Source of the DNA: a virus
Taxonomy: Duplodnaviria > Caudoviricetes
Reading direction: 5' to 3' (one strand)
Length of the DNA stretch: 64,000 nucleotides
IMG/VR virus record: IMGVR_UViG_3300033463_000041
Coordinates: 53,147 to 117,146 of that record
Made by a program: the position numbers and the translations under genes. Position 1 is the first letter of the stretch. Each line of letters starts with the position of its first letter. Under the pieces are notes generated by a model. It did no database searches, was not told the origin of the DNA, and saw only the letters and a program-made list of their open reading frames with translations. Shown one piece after another: positions 1-8,814 of the stretch.

Positions 1-10
1 GGCGTAGTGT

Positions 11-352
11 ATGGACTGGATGGACGTTGCGGCAGTCGTGTTCTTCTCGACGACGGTAAACCACCTCGGACTGATAAGTGCCATAGAAAGCGCCATAAAG
101 TACAGACTATGGATACTTGACTGTCCAAAGTGCCTCTCGTTCTGGAGTGTGCTCGTCTACGGACTGAGCGGCGACGGCATGGCCGCCAACCCCTCATGTC
201 TGGCACGGCTGCTCGCAATATCCATCCTTTCTGCATACATCGCCATCTGGCTTGAACTATTGGAAAGTATCATCGACAGACTATACGATTACATCTATGG
301 GAAGATTTATTCAACAGCAGATTCCTCCGATGACGACGCGGCAGGTGCCTGA
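11..352 (+). CDS. Small membrane protein with CxxCxxxW motif (DUF1360-like)
   Basis: Hydrophobic segments, CPKCLSFW motif, acidic tail. Confidence 0.55.
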   Translation: MDWMDVAAVVFFSTTVNHLGLISAIESAIKYRLWILDCPKCLSFWSVLVYGLSGDGMAANPSCLARLLAISILSAYIAIWLELLESIIDRLYDYIYGKIYSTADSSDDDAAGA

Positions 353-446
353 AGCATGGTGCCCGTCGTGCGGCAGCAGCGTGATTGTCGGTTCTGCCGA
401 CAAGGGAAAGAAGCAAGTTAAACCCGTTAAAAAGAAGAAGAAATGA
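297..446 (+). CDS. Small hypothetical protein with CxxC and basic tail
   Basis: WCPSCG motif; stop overlaps next ATG (ATGA); start uncertain. Confidence 0.35.
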   Translation: MGRFIQQQIPPMTTRQVPEAWCPSCGSSVIVGSADKGKKQVKPVKKKKK

Positions 447-946
447 CAACAGCACAAGAACTCAAAGAACGCTATGACAGTCTCTATGACTACATGGCCA
501 ATTCAAAAGACCCGAAGAACATGAAAGCCTTCGGGTGCGTGATGACAGAGATAATGGACTGGCTCATCCAAAACAAGCCCGACGTGGCCGAGGAGATGAT
601 AGATCAGCTCGAAAGCATCAAGTGGAAGCAGTACCTCACACCCAAGGAGGCTCAGAAGATTATCGACGGCATGGATCCAAAGGCACCGTGGTTGCGCGAC
701 CAGTGGAAAGCTGCTATGGAATCCTTCGGCCTGCCTTTGGAGGATGCGCCGTACTATAACCGCTGTGCCCTCTGGGTGGAGATGAACAAGGTGTATTCAG
801 ATGCCGGCGACGTCATCGCTTCACTCATCGGCAAGCCACTCTTGCCCTCAGACAAGGATATTATCAGCGCCTGCTACAAACTGGCCCTGAAGAACCTCCT
901 CGACAAGGACGGTGTGTATGACATCCGCAAGTACTTTCTCTGGTAA
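443..946 (+). CDS. Hypothetical phage protein
   Basis: 167-aa ORF, coupled to neighbours, typical codon usage. Confidence 0.7.
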   Translation: MTTAQELKERYDSLYDYMANSKDPKNMKAFGCVMTEIMDWLIQNKPDVAEEMIDQLESIKWKQYLTPKEAQKIIDGMDPKAPWLRDQWKAAMESFGLPLEDAPYYNRCALWVEMNKVYSDAGDVIASLIGKPLLPSDKDIISACYKLALKNLLDKDGVYDIRKYFLW

Positions 947-949
947 GTT

Positions 950-1225
950 ATGGACTATGCCGACGCTGCTGAAGCACTCATGCGCCGTAAGTTGCTCGAA
1001 AGTATCTACGACCGCATGACCGACGATGAGAAGCGCCTCTTTATCCAGATGACGATGGAGAATCGCTCGCACACCGAGATTATGCAGGCACTCCAACAGC
1101 AGTCGGCACAAATCCAGGACCTACGCAAGCATCAGCAGACGTTTGCTGAAGACTTTGCCAGCAACATTGCCGGTAACGCCGCCTGGGATGGCCTTTTGTG
1201 GCTTACTCGAAAGTTATTCAGATAA
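950..1225 (+). CDS. Hypothetical protein
   Basis: 91-aa ORF starting 3 nt after the previous stop. Confidence 0.65.
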   Translation: MDYADAAEALMRRKLLESIYDRMTDDEKRLFIQMTMENRSHTEIMQALQQQSAQIQDLRKHQQTFAEDFASNIAGNAAWDGLLWLTRKLFR

Positions 1226-1280
1226 ACCATCATTCGCCGTGATTGGTAGGGCGGGCGCGCGTCAGTGCGTCTGCCCTTGT

Positions 1281-1349
1281 CTTTGCCGAGTGCAATCCTC
1301 GCCTCGGCATAGACATTAATCCCGCTTGTGCTTCTGCTCTCGGCTCGTC
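1281..1349 (-). repeat. REP-like palindromic intergenic element (related to copies at 55093 and 56705)
   Basis: Minus strand reads CGAGAGCAGA...CTATGCCGAG, the same end motifs as the 47-bp repeats in the early region. Confidence 0.45.
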
Positions 1350-1385
1350 TGCCCTTGATTTTTTTTCGGTATGTTGCTATATTGT
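1350..1385 (+). promoter_or_regulatory. Putative phage late promoter
   Basis: TGCCCTTGAT-N18-TATATTGT upstream of ORF 1397. Confidence 0.6.
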
Positions 1386-1396
1386 AGCAACAAAAC

Positions 1397-1891
1397 ATGA
1401 TCAATATGAACAACTGTAAAGAATTTGCCTTAGACGACCTGATGGCCATCACCGCCATACCTGTCGCAGACTATGCGCTCGGCACAAAAGCCTGGCAGCT
1501 GAAGCCGACGATAGTCACCACCAGCTTCTCCCCTACCCTTACCAACGCCATCGTCATCGGTTTGCAGCCTGCAACGGTAGGCGGCAAGCTCATACCTATC
1601 CGACGCCATACGGGGAAGGCAAAGGATGCAGAAAGCGACAACGTAGCCGGACGTCTGCATACGGTCACGGTGTCATGCGAGGTTGACGACCGCGACGGCG
1701 CTACGTGGAACGACCTGCTGAAACTGGAGCGCACACCGAGCCACCTCATGCTTTTGTTCCGTGGCGGACAGAAAGCATTTGCCGCCGCCACGCAGGACAC
1801 CTATATTTGCGAGGTGGAGCGTAGCGGCAGCAAAACCAGCGTGTCGTTCAAACTGTATAACCTGATGGGTATTCAGCTGATTACCGCTTAG
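1397..1891 (+). CDS. Hypothetical protein, probably virion-associated
   Basis: 164 aa, beta-rich; preceded by the late-promoter motif. Confidence 0.6.
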   Translation: MINMNNCKEFALDDLMAITAIPVADYALGTKAWQLKPTIVTTSFSPTLTNAIVIGLQPATVGGKLIPIRRHTGKAKDAESDNVAGRLHTVTVSCEVDDRDGATWNDLLKLERTPSHLMLLFRGGQKAFAAATQDTYICEVERSGSKTSVSFKLYNLMGIQLITA

Positions 1892-2480
1892 ACCTTACGG
1901 CAGAGGAAAATTTTCTCTTCCTTGCCGGACGCTTTACCGGCTCAACGTTCTGTTGGGTCGGTTTCTTCTTACTTTCCGACATGTACTGCTCCCACAGGTT
2001 GCGCACCTCTTCTGGTACGGTCGTCACAGTACATACGAAGTTCTGTCCATACCGCAAGTTCAGCGGGCCTGTAATGGCGATGTCTGGCAACAGGATAGCC
2101 GTATCTGCCTGCGGTCTGTCAACAAGCACCAGACGGCCTGTAAACGGATTGTCTTTCAACCAGTCCGACATGACGGGTGACTTGGCAGACGACAGGTCGG
2201 CGATGATAGTCAACTGCCTTACCACGTTCAGCTTATCCACGCCGTTGGCATGTGGCCACTGCTGGCGCATCCAGCGGGTGATAACCTCCGTAGCCTGGTC
2301 GGGCATCGCCGGGGCGACAATCATCAGTTCCGTTTCCGTATATCGTGCCAGCAAGGCAGGCAGCAATTCAGTAATCGAAAGGTCTCCATAGCCCTGAAAC
2401 TGCGTCCTGCCACCGTTTTCGATGGAGTCGCGCAGGTTGAGCAGTTGCCGCCGGATACAACAAGGTTCTAAGATGTGCAT
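1881..2480 (-). CDS. Hypothetical phage protein
   Basis: ORF downstream of tail tube; ATG at 2480. Confidence 0.65.
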   Translation of the reverse strand: MHILEPCCIRRQLLNLRDSIENGGRTQFQGYGDLSITELLPALLARYTETELMIVAPAMPDQATEVITRWMRQQWPHANGVDKLNVVRQLTIIADLSSAKSPVMSDWLKDNPFTGRLVLVDRPQADTAILLPDIAITGPLNLRYGQNFVCTVTTVPEEVRNLWEQYMSESKKKPTQQNVEPVKRPARKRKFSSAVRSKR

Positions 2481-2504
2481 AACTTTCAATTATCAGTTGT
2501 CAAT

Positions 2505-2542
2505 AAAAAAGGCCCAGGCCCGATGATATGGAGCCTGAGCCT
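2505..2542 (-). terminator. Intrinsic terminator after tail-tube gene
   Basis: AGGCTCAGGC..GCCTGGGCCT stem followed by a T-run on the minus strand. Confidence 0.7.
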
Positions 2543-2571
2543 CGTAATGCTGTTGTTACCAGAAACCCGGA

Positions 2572-3153
2572 TTAGTTGCTCGAATCAGATTCAACATCCT
2601 CGGCAATCTCACCGTAGTATTTCACAACGTCGTACACCTGGAAATTGCAGACGAAGTTGAAGGTTGTACCGTGCTCGTCGTTGCGGTTCTTACCGCTGTC
2701 GTTGGTACGGCTGAACACCACGTCGCCAGTAGGATTGCCGACGACCTTCCACTCCTTCTGTGAAGTGCCGTTCACCTTCTTGGTCTTGCCAGTGGGGAAG
2801 AACACCATGTAGCCACCGCCCATGTTGGAGAGACGGCGACCGAGAACAGCCATATCGTCTTCGTTCTTGTCAACGAGACCTGTACCGGTGACGGTGTTGG
2901 CACCGCCCTCGCCATTGTCCTCGCTGCTGACCTGACCAGACTGGTTCTTAAAGGCGATCTTGAAACCCTTCAGGGTAGAGCCTGAACCACCCTTGGGAGT
3001 GATGTTGTACTGGTTCTTCTCATCGTTGATCTCGATGTTGCCCTCGATGTGGTCGCTGTCAATAGGAACGACCATGCAGTAGTTACTGGTACCGCCCGGA
3101 TTCTCCGAGCAGTCGTTCGTCTGCTTAACGTGCTTTAAATTGCAAAGTCCCAT
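2572..3153 (-). CDS. Putative major tail (tube) protein
   Basis: 193 aa, Gly/Asn/Thr-rich, N-terminal C..ENPGG motif; directly after capsid; highly expressed codon bias. Confidence 0.55.
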   Translation of the reverse strand: MGLCNLKHVKQTNDCSENPGGTSNYCMVVPIDSDHIEGNIEINDEKNQYNITPKGGSGSTLKGFKIAFKNQSGQVSSEDNGEGGANTVTGTGLVDKNEDDMAVLGRRLSNMGGGYMVFFPTGKTKKVNGTSQKEWKVVGNPTGDVVFSRTNDSGKNRNDEHGTTFNFVCNFQVYDVVKYYGEIAEDVESDSSN

Positions 3154-3210
3154 AATCGTATGTCTTTTTTGTGTTTGTGTTGTTTACTATGATTACTTGT
3201 GAATAGAGAG

Positions 3211-3267
3211 TCGGAGGTCAGAGGGCGGCGCTTGCAGTGAAGGTCACTGGGCGCCGCTCACCTCCGA
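3211..3267 (-). other. GC-rich hairpin between capsid and tail-tube genes (mRNA stabiliser or attenuator)
   Basis: TCGGAGGT/ACCTCCGA and GCGGCGC/GCGCCGC inverted repeats. Confidence 0.5.
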
Positions 3268-3273
3268 TGGGGT

Positions 3274-4554
3274 TTAGATGCTGCTGTCAGAGTCACCACC
3301 GCCCTCTTCCTCGAACATAGCTACGAGAGTCACAACACCACCAGGGAAGGTGTAGTTGTAGGGGTTGGCAGTAGCGTTGTCGCTCCAGCCCTTGAACTTG
3401 TAGCCATCCTTCGGCGTAGCGGCAACAGTGATGATGTTGCCATCAGCATAGAGGTTCTTCTCACCAGAGGTGATCTCGGCAGTACCCTCATTCTCGTCGC
3501 TGGTGGCAACGGTGAAGATATCGGCGATGTAGTCGCCAGCGGGTACGTTGTTCGGGGTGTTCTCCTGGTCGTTGGTAGCGAATACCTTCGGGGAGTAGTC
3601 GCGGATACGAGAAGCCTGAGCGGTCTGCACCTGATAGTCGAACAGGTTGTGGTCGTCAGAGTTGCGCTCAACAGTGATGTCGGCCTGGCTCTCAGGACGA
3701 ACGTCGCAGATGTACTCCAGTGTTCCGGGCAGACAGAAGATGAGCTTGTCGCCCTTACCCATAGAGGTGTGGGTGGTCAGCTTCAGGTTCTTCATCTGAC
3801 TGAACTTCCAGCCATCCTCCAGAACGGTGACAGCCAGCTGCGGGTGCATCAGCATGTAACCCTCGACAATCTTGTCAGCGAGGTCAGAGCTGACGTAAGC
3901 CAGCAACTCCTCGGCACCGCGAAGGTCGTCGTTCAGTGAGTTGTAAGCGGCCTTGAACCACTTGTAGGCAGCCAGAGAGTCGCTGGGAGCAGCGCCGGTC
4001 TTAATCAGGTTGCCGATAGCCTCGCTGATAATACCCTTGGTGATACCCTGGGCGATCTTGGTGAAGATACCGTCGTACAGAGAGAGACCCAACTTCACCT
4101 GGTTCTCCGTGGTCTCGGGCAGGTTGGCGTTAGCCTCGTTGCCGAAGAAGAAGTTGGCGCGGACGTCCTGAGCGTGGCGATTGGCGATCTTCTCCAGCAG
4201 GAACTGCGTCTTCTCTGCGTTGTTGGTACCGTCGGGGTTCACGTGGAAGGGTTCCTTCTCACGATACTTCTGGACGTTGTCCTGGGGGTGAGTAACTGCG
4301 AGAATCACCTTTGCAGGGTTCTCGACAAACATACCGAGCTGTACCTTCTTGACGGCACCCTGCTTATACTGACGTGCAAGCAGACCCTTGTCATTGAAGA
4401 GGAACAGCTTGTCGATGTTCTCGACGTCGGTCGTGACAGTGATCTGGAGGTCATCCAGCATCTTGTCATTCAACATGGAAGCGCGAGCTACCAGGTCGAC
4501 ATGCAGCTGTTCGGTAACAGTCTGCACTTGTGAGACATTGATTGCGTAAGCCAT
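3274..4554 (-). CDS. Major capsid protein with C-terminal InlB B-repeat-like domain
   Basis: Position after protease/scaffold, strong codon bias, own late promoter; C-terminus ITVAATPKDGYKFKGWSD...VTLVAMF. Confidence 0.75.
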   Translation of the reverse strand: MAYAINVSQVQTVTEQLHVDLVARASMLNDKMLDDLQITVTTDVENIDKLFLFNDKGLLARQYKQGAVKKVQLGMFVENPAKVILAVTHPQDNVQKYREKEPFHVNPDGTNNAEKTQFLLEKIANRHAQDVRANFFFGNEANANLPETTENQVKLGLSLYDGIFTKIAQGITKGIISEAIGNLIKTGAAPSDSLAAYKWFKAAYNSLNDDLRGAEELLAYVSSDLADKIVEGYMLMHPQLAVTVLEDGWKFSQMKNLKLTTHTSMGKGDKLIFCLPGTLEYICDVRPESQADITVERNSDDHNLFDYQVQTAQASRIRDYSPKVFATNDQENTPNNVPAGDYIADIFTVATSDENEGTAEITSGEKNLYADGNIITVAATPKDGYKFKGWSDNATANPYNYTFPGGVVTLVAMFEEEGGGDSDSSI

Positions 4555-4611
4555 AATCCTTTTTTTAGTGTTGGTGAAAACTATTATGTTGTCTTTGTGT
4601 TGTTGTTATTG

Positions 4612-4647
4612 CAAATTTACTATGTAGAGAACTACAAGTCAAGGGCA
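4612..4647 (-). promoter_or_regulatory. Putative late promoter (capsid)
   Basis: TGCCCTTGAC-N18-TAAATTTG. Confidence 0.7.
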
Positions 4648-4664
4648 ATCTGAGCAGAGTCTGA

Positions 4665-5519
4665 CTAACGGCGCTTGCTACGTGCCTTTGTCTCCGCGTC
4701 GCGCTTGCGCAGGGCATCGCGAATCTCCTCTGGAGACATGTTGGCATTCACGGTGCTACGCACGGTGCCAGTAGCCTCTGGAGCATCACCCGTTCCGTTG
4801 TCGGCAGGGATGCCACTGTCAGCGTTGGCCATAGGAGCGGGCTTACCAGCCATCTCCTTGAGCTCAGCCTTCAGGTCGCTAACCTGCTTCGTCAACTTGT
4901 CGACGTCCTCCTTCAGACCAGTGATGGTAGCATCACGCTCGGCAATCGTACCGTTGGCAGTCTCGATGTCCTTACGGGCCTGGTCGATGTCGGCCTGCAG
5001 CTGCTCGGCGGTATTCTTCTGACCGTCCAGCGACTCCTTCAATTCGGCAATCTCCTTGTCCTTGTCGGCAATCATCTGCTCTGCGTTATGCAGGGTTTCC
5101 TGAATCTTGTTAATCTCCTCAGTAGCAGCCTGTACGGCTTCCTCAGTAGCGGGCGCATCGGTTGGCTTTTCCTCCTCTTCGGCAGGTTTCTCCTCTGCGG
5201 GTTTCTCTTCCTCTTCGGCAGGCTTCTGCTCTTCCTCGGTAGCGGGTGCTTCCTCGGTGGGCTTCTGCTCTTCCTCAGCAGGCTTCTCTTCTTCGACAGC
5301 GGGTGCTTCGGTCGCAGGTGCTTCCTCTGCTGGCTGTTCCGTTGCAGGAGTTTCCTCCTGTGCGGCTGCGGCGGCTGCTTTAGCCTCCTTGGCCTTCATC
5401 TCTGTCAGCTTCTCTGTGAGGGTGTCAAGCAGAGGCTTATTGAGGAATGTACCTTCCTCTGTCACCTGCAACTCTTCCACTCCGAGAACCTGAGCGACAA
5501 TCTGATACTTCTCGTCCAT
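4665..5519 (-). CDS. Putative nested scaffold protein (internal in-frame start)
   Basis: In-frame ATG (MDEKYQ) preceded by A-rich initiation region CACAAAAAAATAGCACGATT; analogous to lambda C/Nu3. Confidence 0.45.
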   Translation of the reverse strand: MDEKYQIVAQVLGVEELQVTEEGTFLNKPLLDTLTEKLTEMKAKEAKAAAAAAQEETPATEQPAEEAPATEAPAVEEEKPAEEEQKPTEEAPATEEEQKPAEEEEKPAEEKPAEEEEKPTDAPATEEAVQAATEEINKIQETLHNAEQMIADKDKEIAELKESLDGQKNTAEQLQADIDQARKDIETANGTIAERDATITGLKEDVDKLTKQVSDLKAELKEMAGKPAPMANADSGIPADNGTGDAPEATGTVRSTVNANMSPEEIRDALRKRDAETKARSKRR

Positions 5520-6590
5520 AATCGTGCTATTTTTTTGTGAAACATTGGTCTTGTTATCTGCAATATCGGCAATATGCTCAGCAGCGGCTTCTGCGCTTTT
5601 GAGTGCAGCTTCCATCGGATCTTCTTCATCGTCTGTCACGTCTGCAGGCTGTCCGATTTTACGGTTGGCGGTACGGGCGATAGGCTCTTCATCGCCGTTG
5701 GCCACGGCAAATGCGCGTGCCACCAGGTCGCCCAGCAGCATCTGTCCGTCACACAGGATATCCATCACTTCGGATGCGTCGAATATCTTTCCGTCCAGAT
5801 GCTCGTCGGTAGCATTAGGGAATGCTGCCTTCATATCGCTGCGGAACTCTGCCTCCAACTTGTCAAGTTCCTCAATCAGCAGCGTGGCATCGTCGTTCTC
5901 GGCAATGTCGCGATACTCCTTGTTCTTGTTGATACTCTTGGTAGCGTAGTACTCGCGGTAGGTCTCGCTGTCAAACTGATTCTTCTCACCGTTCTTGATA
6001 GTGAAGAACGCTGCCATAACGCCTACGCAACCCAACTGGTCCTTCAGGTTCACCACGTAAACCTCGTCGCCAAACGATGTGAGATACTCACCAGCCGATG
6101 CACAAAGTCCGTCGATAAGCATATACACGCGCTGTCCACAGTCGTGAGCATAGTCGATAGCCTGCTGAAAATCGTTCTTAGCCCAAGCCGAACCGCCAGG
6201 GGTGTTAATCACCATGATATGAGCACGGCAGTACTTATTGTCGGCAGCCTCCATCATCCAGTCGCGGATCTCCTTCGAGCCGTATGAGCAGGCATCGCCA
6301 TTGCGTGTGATAGGTCCGTCTATGGGAATCACGTTCACAAACGGCTCCTTCATCTGGGCAAGCAGGTTGGAACCGTCCCAGTTATAACGAGGCAGCACCT
6401 CGCCGTCCTCGGTCACCTGAGCGTCGCGTATAACCTCTCCGTTCATACCGGCTACCAGATATGGCTGCTTCTTCTCTACTGCACCGATGGCAATATGATT
6501 GTTGAAGTTGTGCATCAACGTAGGCAGCAAGCCGTGAACAAACTGCGGCATTACCATCCAGTGCTTTGTTGTGAAAAGTTCGTAAATCAT
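4665..6590 (-). CDS. S49 family prohead protease fused to scaffold domain
   Basis: IPIDGPI, INTPGGS, GLCASAG, LGCVGV motifs; acidic EEKPA repeats and coiled-coil C-terminus. Confidence 0.85.
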   Translation of the reverse strand: MIYELFTTKHWMVMPQFVHGLLPTLMHNFNNHIAIGAVEKKQPYLVAGMNGEVIRDAQVTEDGEVLPRYNWDGSNLLAQMKEPFVNVIPIDGPITRNGDACSYGSKEIRDWMMEAADNKYCRAHIMVINTPGGSAWAKNDFQQAIDYAHDCGQRVYMLIDGLCASAGEYLTSFGDEVYVVNLKDQLGCVGVMAAFFTIKNGEKNQFDSETYREYYATKSINKNKEYRDIAENDDATLLIEELDKLEAEFRSDMKAAFPNATDEHLDGKIFDASEVMDILCDGQMLLGDLVARAFAVANGDEEPIARTANRKIGQPADVTDDEEDPMEAALKSAEAAAEHIADIADNKTNVSQKNSTIMDEKYQIVAQVLGVEELQVTEEGTFLNKPLLDTLTEKLTEMKAKEAKAAAAAAQEETPATEQPAEEAPATEAPAVEEEKPAEEEQKPTEEAPATEEEQKPAEEEEKPAEEKPAEEEEKPTDAPATEEAVQAATEEINKIQETLHNAEQMIADKDKEIAELKESLDGQKNTAEQLQADIDQARKDIETANGTIAERDATITGLKEDVDKLTKQVSDLKAELKEMAGKPAPMANADSGIPADNGTGDAPEATGTVRSTVNANMSPEEIRDALRKRDAETKARSKRR

Positions 6591-6618
6591 ATTCTTTCGT
6601 TTTTATTCAACTTTTTCC

Positions 6619-6654
6619 GCAATTTACTATGTATCGCCGTGATTGTCAAGGGCA
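6619..6654 (-). promoter_or_regulatory. Putative late promoter (protease)
   Basis: TGCCCTTGAC-N18-TAAATTGC. Confidence 0.65.
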
Positions 6655-6683
6655 AACCAAGCAAGAAGCAATTTCTACACCTT

Positions 6684-7874
6684 TCACTTTAGTTCCGGCG
6701 TTCTGTGAGTGGCCGGGAAACCGGTAAACAATTTGCGTCTGTTCTGCTCGCAGACTGCCTTGCGCTGGCGCTCTGCTGCAGCTTCTGCGTTGGCTGCATC
6801 CTGTGCCTCCTTTGCCTCGCGGGCGCGTATCGCGTTATATATAGGTGTGTCTACGGCTGCGTCGCCAAGAGCATCAATGTGCTCTTCGATGAAGTTGCAA
6901 GCCGTTGCCATAGCCTGCTGTGCATCAGTCATGGAGTCACGTCTTGCCAGCTTCTCTTTTACAGGAGCCAACTCCGTTCTTCGGCTTTCCACATAGAGGG
7001 CCAGTGCAGTACGAAGCATCGACAACAGCTCATCGTAGACCTCTGCGTCAACCTCCTTCGTAGCAGCACCATTGTTGGCATACGCCACCACTGCCTTCAG
7101 CAGCTTGCCGCCGATGCGTGGCTTCAAATAAGTATTCTGGCAGAAGCGGATATCTCTTACCAGTGCTACATACGCCATACGCTCACCCTTGATATCCAGG
7201 TATTCGTTCAGTACACTGGCCGTCTGGAAAAGCAAGTCCTTATGCAGGTAGTAAGCGTCAGCCTCCTGCCACTTCTCGGTAAACACCTTATCGCATTTGG
7301 CGTCAGCCTCCAAGAACAGCAGCAGTGAGTCTATGGCGCGGCCTGCACTCATGTAGGCATCCTTCACCACGTGCTCTATCTTCTTCTGGTCTGCAGGATC
7401 GTAGCCCTCTGCACTCACCTGGTTCATGCCACCGCCCTCGTTGAACGAGACCGTCAGCAAGCCGGCCTTGTGCGACAACATCTTGTAGAACACAATCTGC
7501 TGACAGATGCGCAGCAGTCTGACAGTCACTTGATCCTGCTTCGGAACATCCTTTTCCTCCTTTGCCTGGGCAGTACATGTCGGCTCAACCAAACCTGCCT
7601 GCACGCGGTCCATGCGTTCCGTCGCGTCGGCATAAGGCACTTTGGGGTCTTTCTTCGCCTTGCCAGTCGGCTTGATGGTCGTCGATGTGATGTCGCCGTA
7701 TTCCTTGCGCAGTCGCTCATACTCGTTGCAGAGATGCTGATACAGCGTGGTGCCAAGCAACGGCTCCAGAGCCACCCGCTCTTCCTCTTCCACATAACCG
7801 TAGATTTGGTCGGGTCTGCTCCACCGTGCCGTAGGCATCAGCGATATGATTTCGTTTTCGCTTCGTATAAACAT
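6684..7874 (-). CDS. Putative head-tail adaptor / head completion protein (DUF6712-like)
   Basis: 396 aa with duplicated helical unit (LEPLLG..LY / YLKPRIG..L); location in head module. Confidence 0.5.
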   Translation of the reverse strand: MFIRSENEIISLMPTARWSRPDQIYGYVEEEERVALEPLLGTTLYQHLCNEYERLRKEYGDITSTTIKPTGKAKKDPKVPYADATERMDRVQAGLVEPTCTAQAKEEKDVPKQDQVTVRLLRICQQIVFYKMLSHKAGLLTVSFNEGGGMNQVSAEGYDPADQKKIEHVVKDAYMSAGRAIDSLLLFLEADAKCDKVFTEKWQEADAYYLHKDLLFQTASVLNEYLDIKGERMAYVALVRDIRFCQNTYLKPRIGGKLLKAVVAYANNGAATKEVDAEVYDELLSMLRTALALYVESRRTELAPVKEKLARRDSMTDAQQAMATACNFIEEHIDALGDAAVDTPIYNAIRAREAKEAQDAANAEAAAERQRKAVCEQNRRKLFTGFPATHRTPELK

Positions 7875-7891
7875 AGCTATATCGTTTTACC

Positions 7892-7927
7892 GCAATATCG
7901 TGATTTCTAAAGAAAAAGTCAAGGGCA
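7892..7927 (-). promoter_or_regulatory. Putative late promoter
   Basis: TGCCCTTGAC-N18-GATATTGC; overlaps the stop of the upstream gene. Confidence 0.55.
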
Positions 7928-8785
7928 TTTTAAATACATCTTCCCATCCCCATAGCAGAACACAGGTTTTCCGCTAAGTTCGCAGATTCTCGCCGCCTGC
8001 TCGCGGTCGCTCTCGACAAACAGGGTTGCCCAGTCCGACTTCTTATACTGATGCGCCTTATATCTGCCCGGGTACGACGTGGCATTACGCTCTTCACGAC
8101 TATCAGCCTGAAACATAATCAGGTCGTTATATTGTATGCCATGTCTTTTCAGCCATCGCTCGGTGACATCCCGGTACTTCTCCAGCCTGTATGTAACGAT
8201 GGCTCCAATCGGCGTGGTGGGCACCACCATCGGCACGGCATGTTCAAGGTAGTACTCGTAGGCTTTGGTGTCACGCTCCGACGGCGGGTCTTGGCACAGC
8301 ACGCCGTCAATGTCCCACATCATGGCCTGTGTCTTATGCGCATGATGGTGCATGATGTTCCACTCATAGAGATACCACCGCTCGCCTGGCACGTAGATAT
8401 CCTCCAGCCAGATGTTCACCAGTGCCTTGGCATCTCTGCCACGGGCAAAGACACAGCCGAACAGAATGTCATATGGCCCTGCCATCGTAACCAACAGATT
8501 GCGCGCCCTGACAATGGCAGCACCGGTGTTGACGGTATCGTCTATCACCAGTACTTTCCCCGGTCTTCCTCTGCCAAGCAACGTCTGTCTGTCACCGCAC
8601 GACATGATGTTGCCGTCAAGGAAATCATCCAACGAGGCACATCGCCTGCCCAGCAACTCGGCCACCATCAGTGCGGCTATCATGCCAGAGCGCGGTATGC
8701 CGACAATAATGTCTACATCCTGCGGTATCTTCCATAGATTCCTGCGGATAGCGTCCGACAGGTCTTGATAACTCTTGTATATCAT
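7919..8785 (-). CDS. Phosphoribosyltransferase (type I) - HAD phosphatase fusion
   Basis: VGIPRSG and PRPP-binding VLVIDDTVNTG; C-terminal WDIDGVLC (DxD HAD motif I) and FVESD; ATG at 8785. Confidence 0.8.
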   Translation of the reverse strand: MIYKSYQDLSDAIRRNLWKIPQDVDIIVGIPRSGMIAALMVAELLGRRCASLDDFLDGNIMSCGDRQTLLGRGRPGKVLVIDDTVNTGAAIVRARNLLVTMAGPYDILFGCVFARGRDAKALVNIWLEDIYVPGERWYLYEWNIMHHHAHKTQAMMWDIDGVLCQDPPSERDTKAYEYYLEHAVPMVVPTTPIGAIVTYRLEKYRDVTERWLKRHGIQYNDLIMFQADSREERNATSYPGRYKAHQYKKSDWATLFVESDREQAARICELSGKPVFCYGDGKMYLKCP

Positions 8786-8814
8786 AGCTTGAACCTGAAA
8801 CTTGAAACCTGCCA

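Noticed and set aside
1272-1281. TGCCCTTGTC and GTTAGGGCA (42061) as additional late promoters
   Set aside because: Mismatched core and no -7-like box at the 17-18 bp spacing
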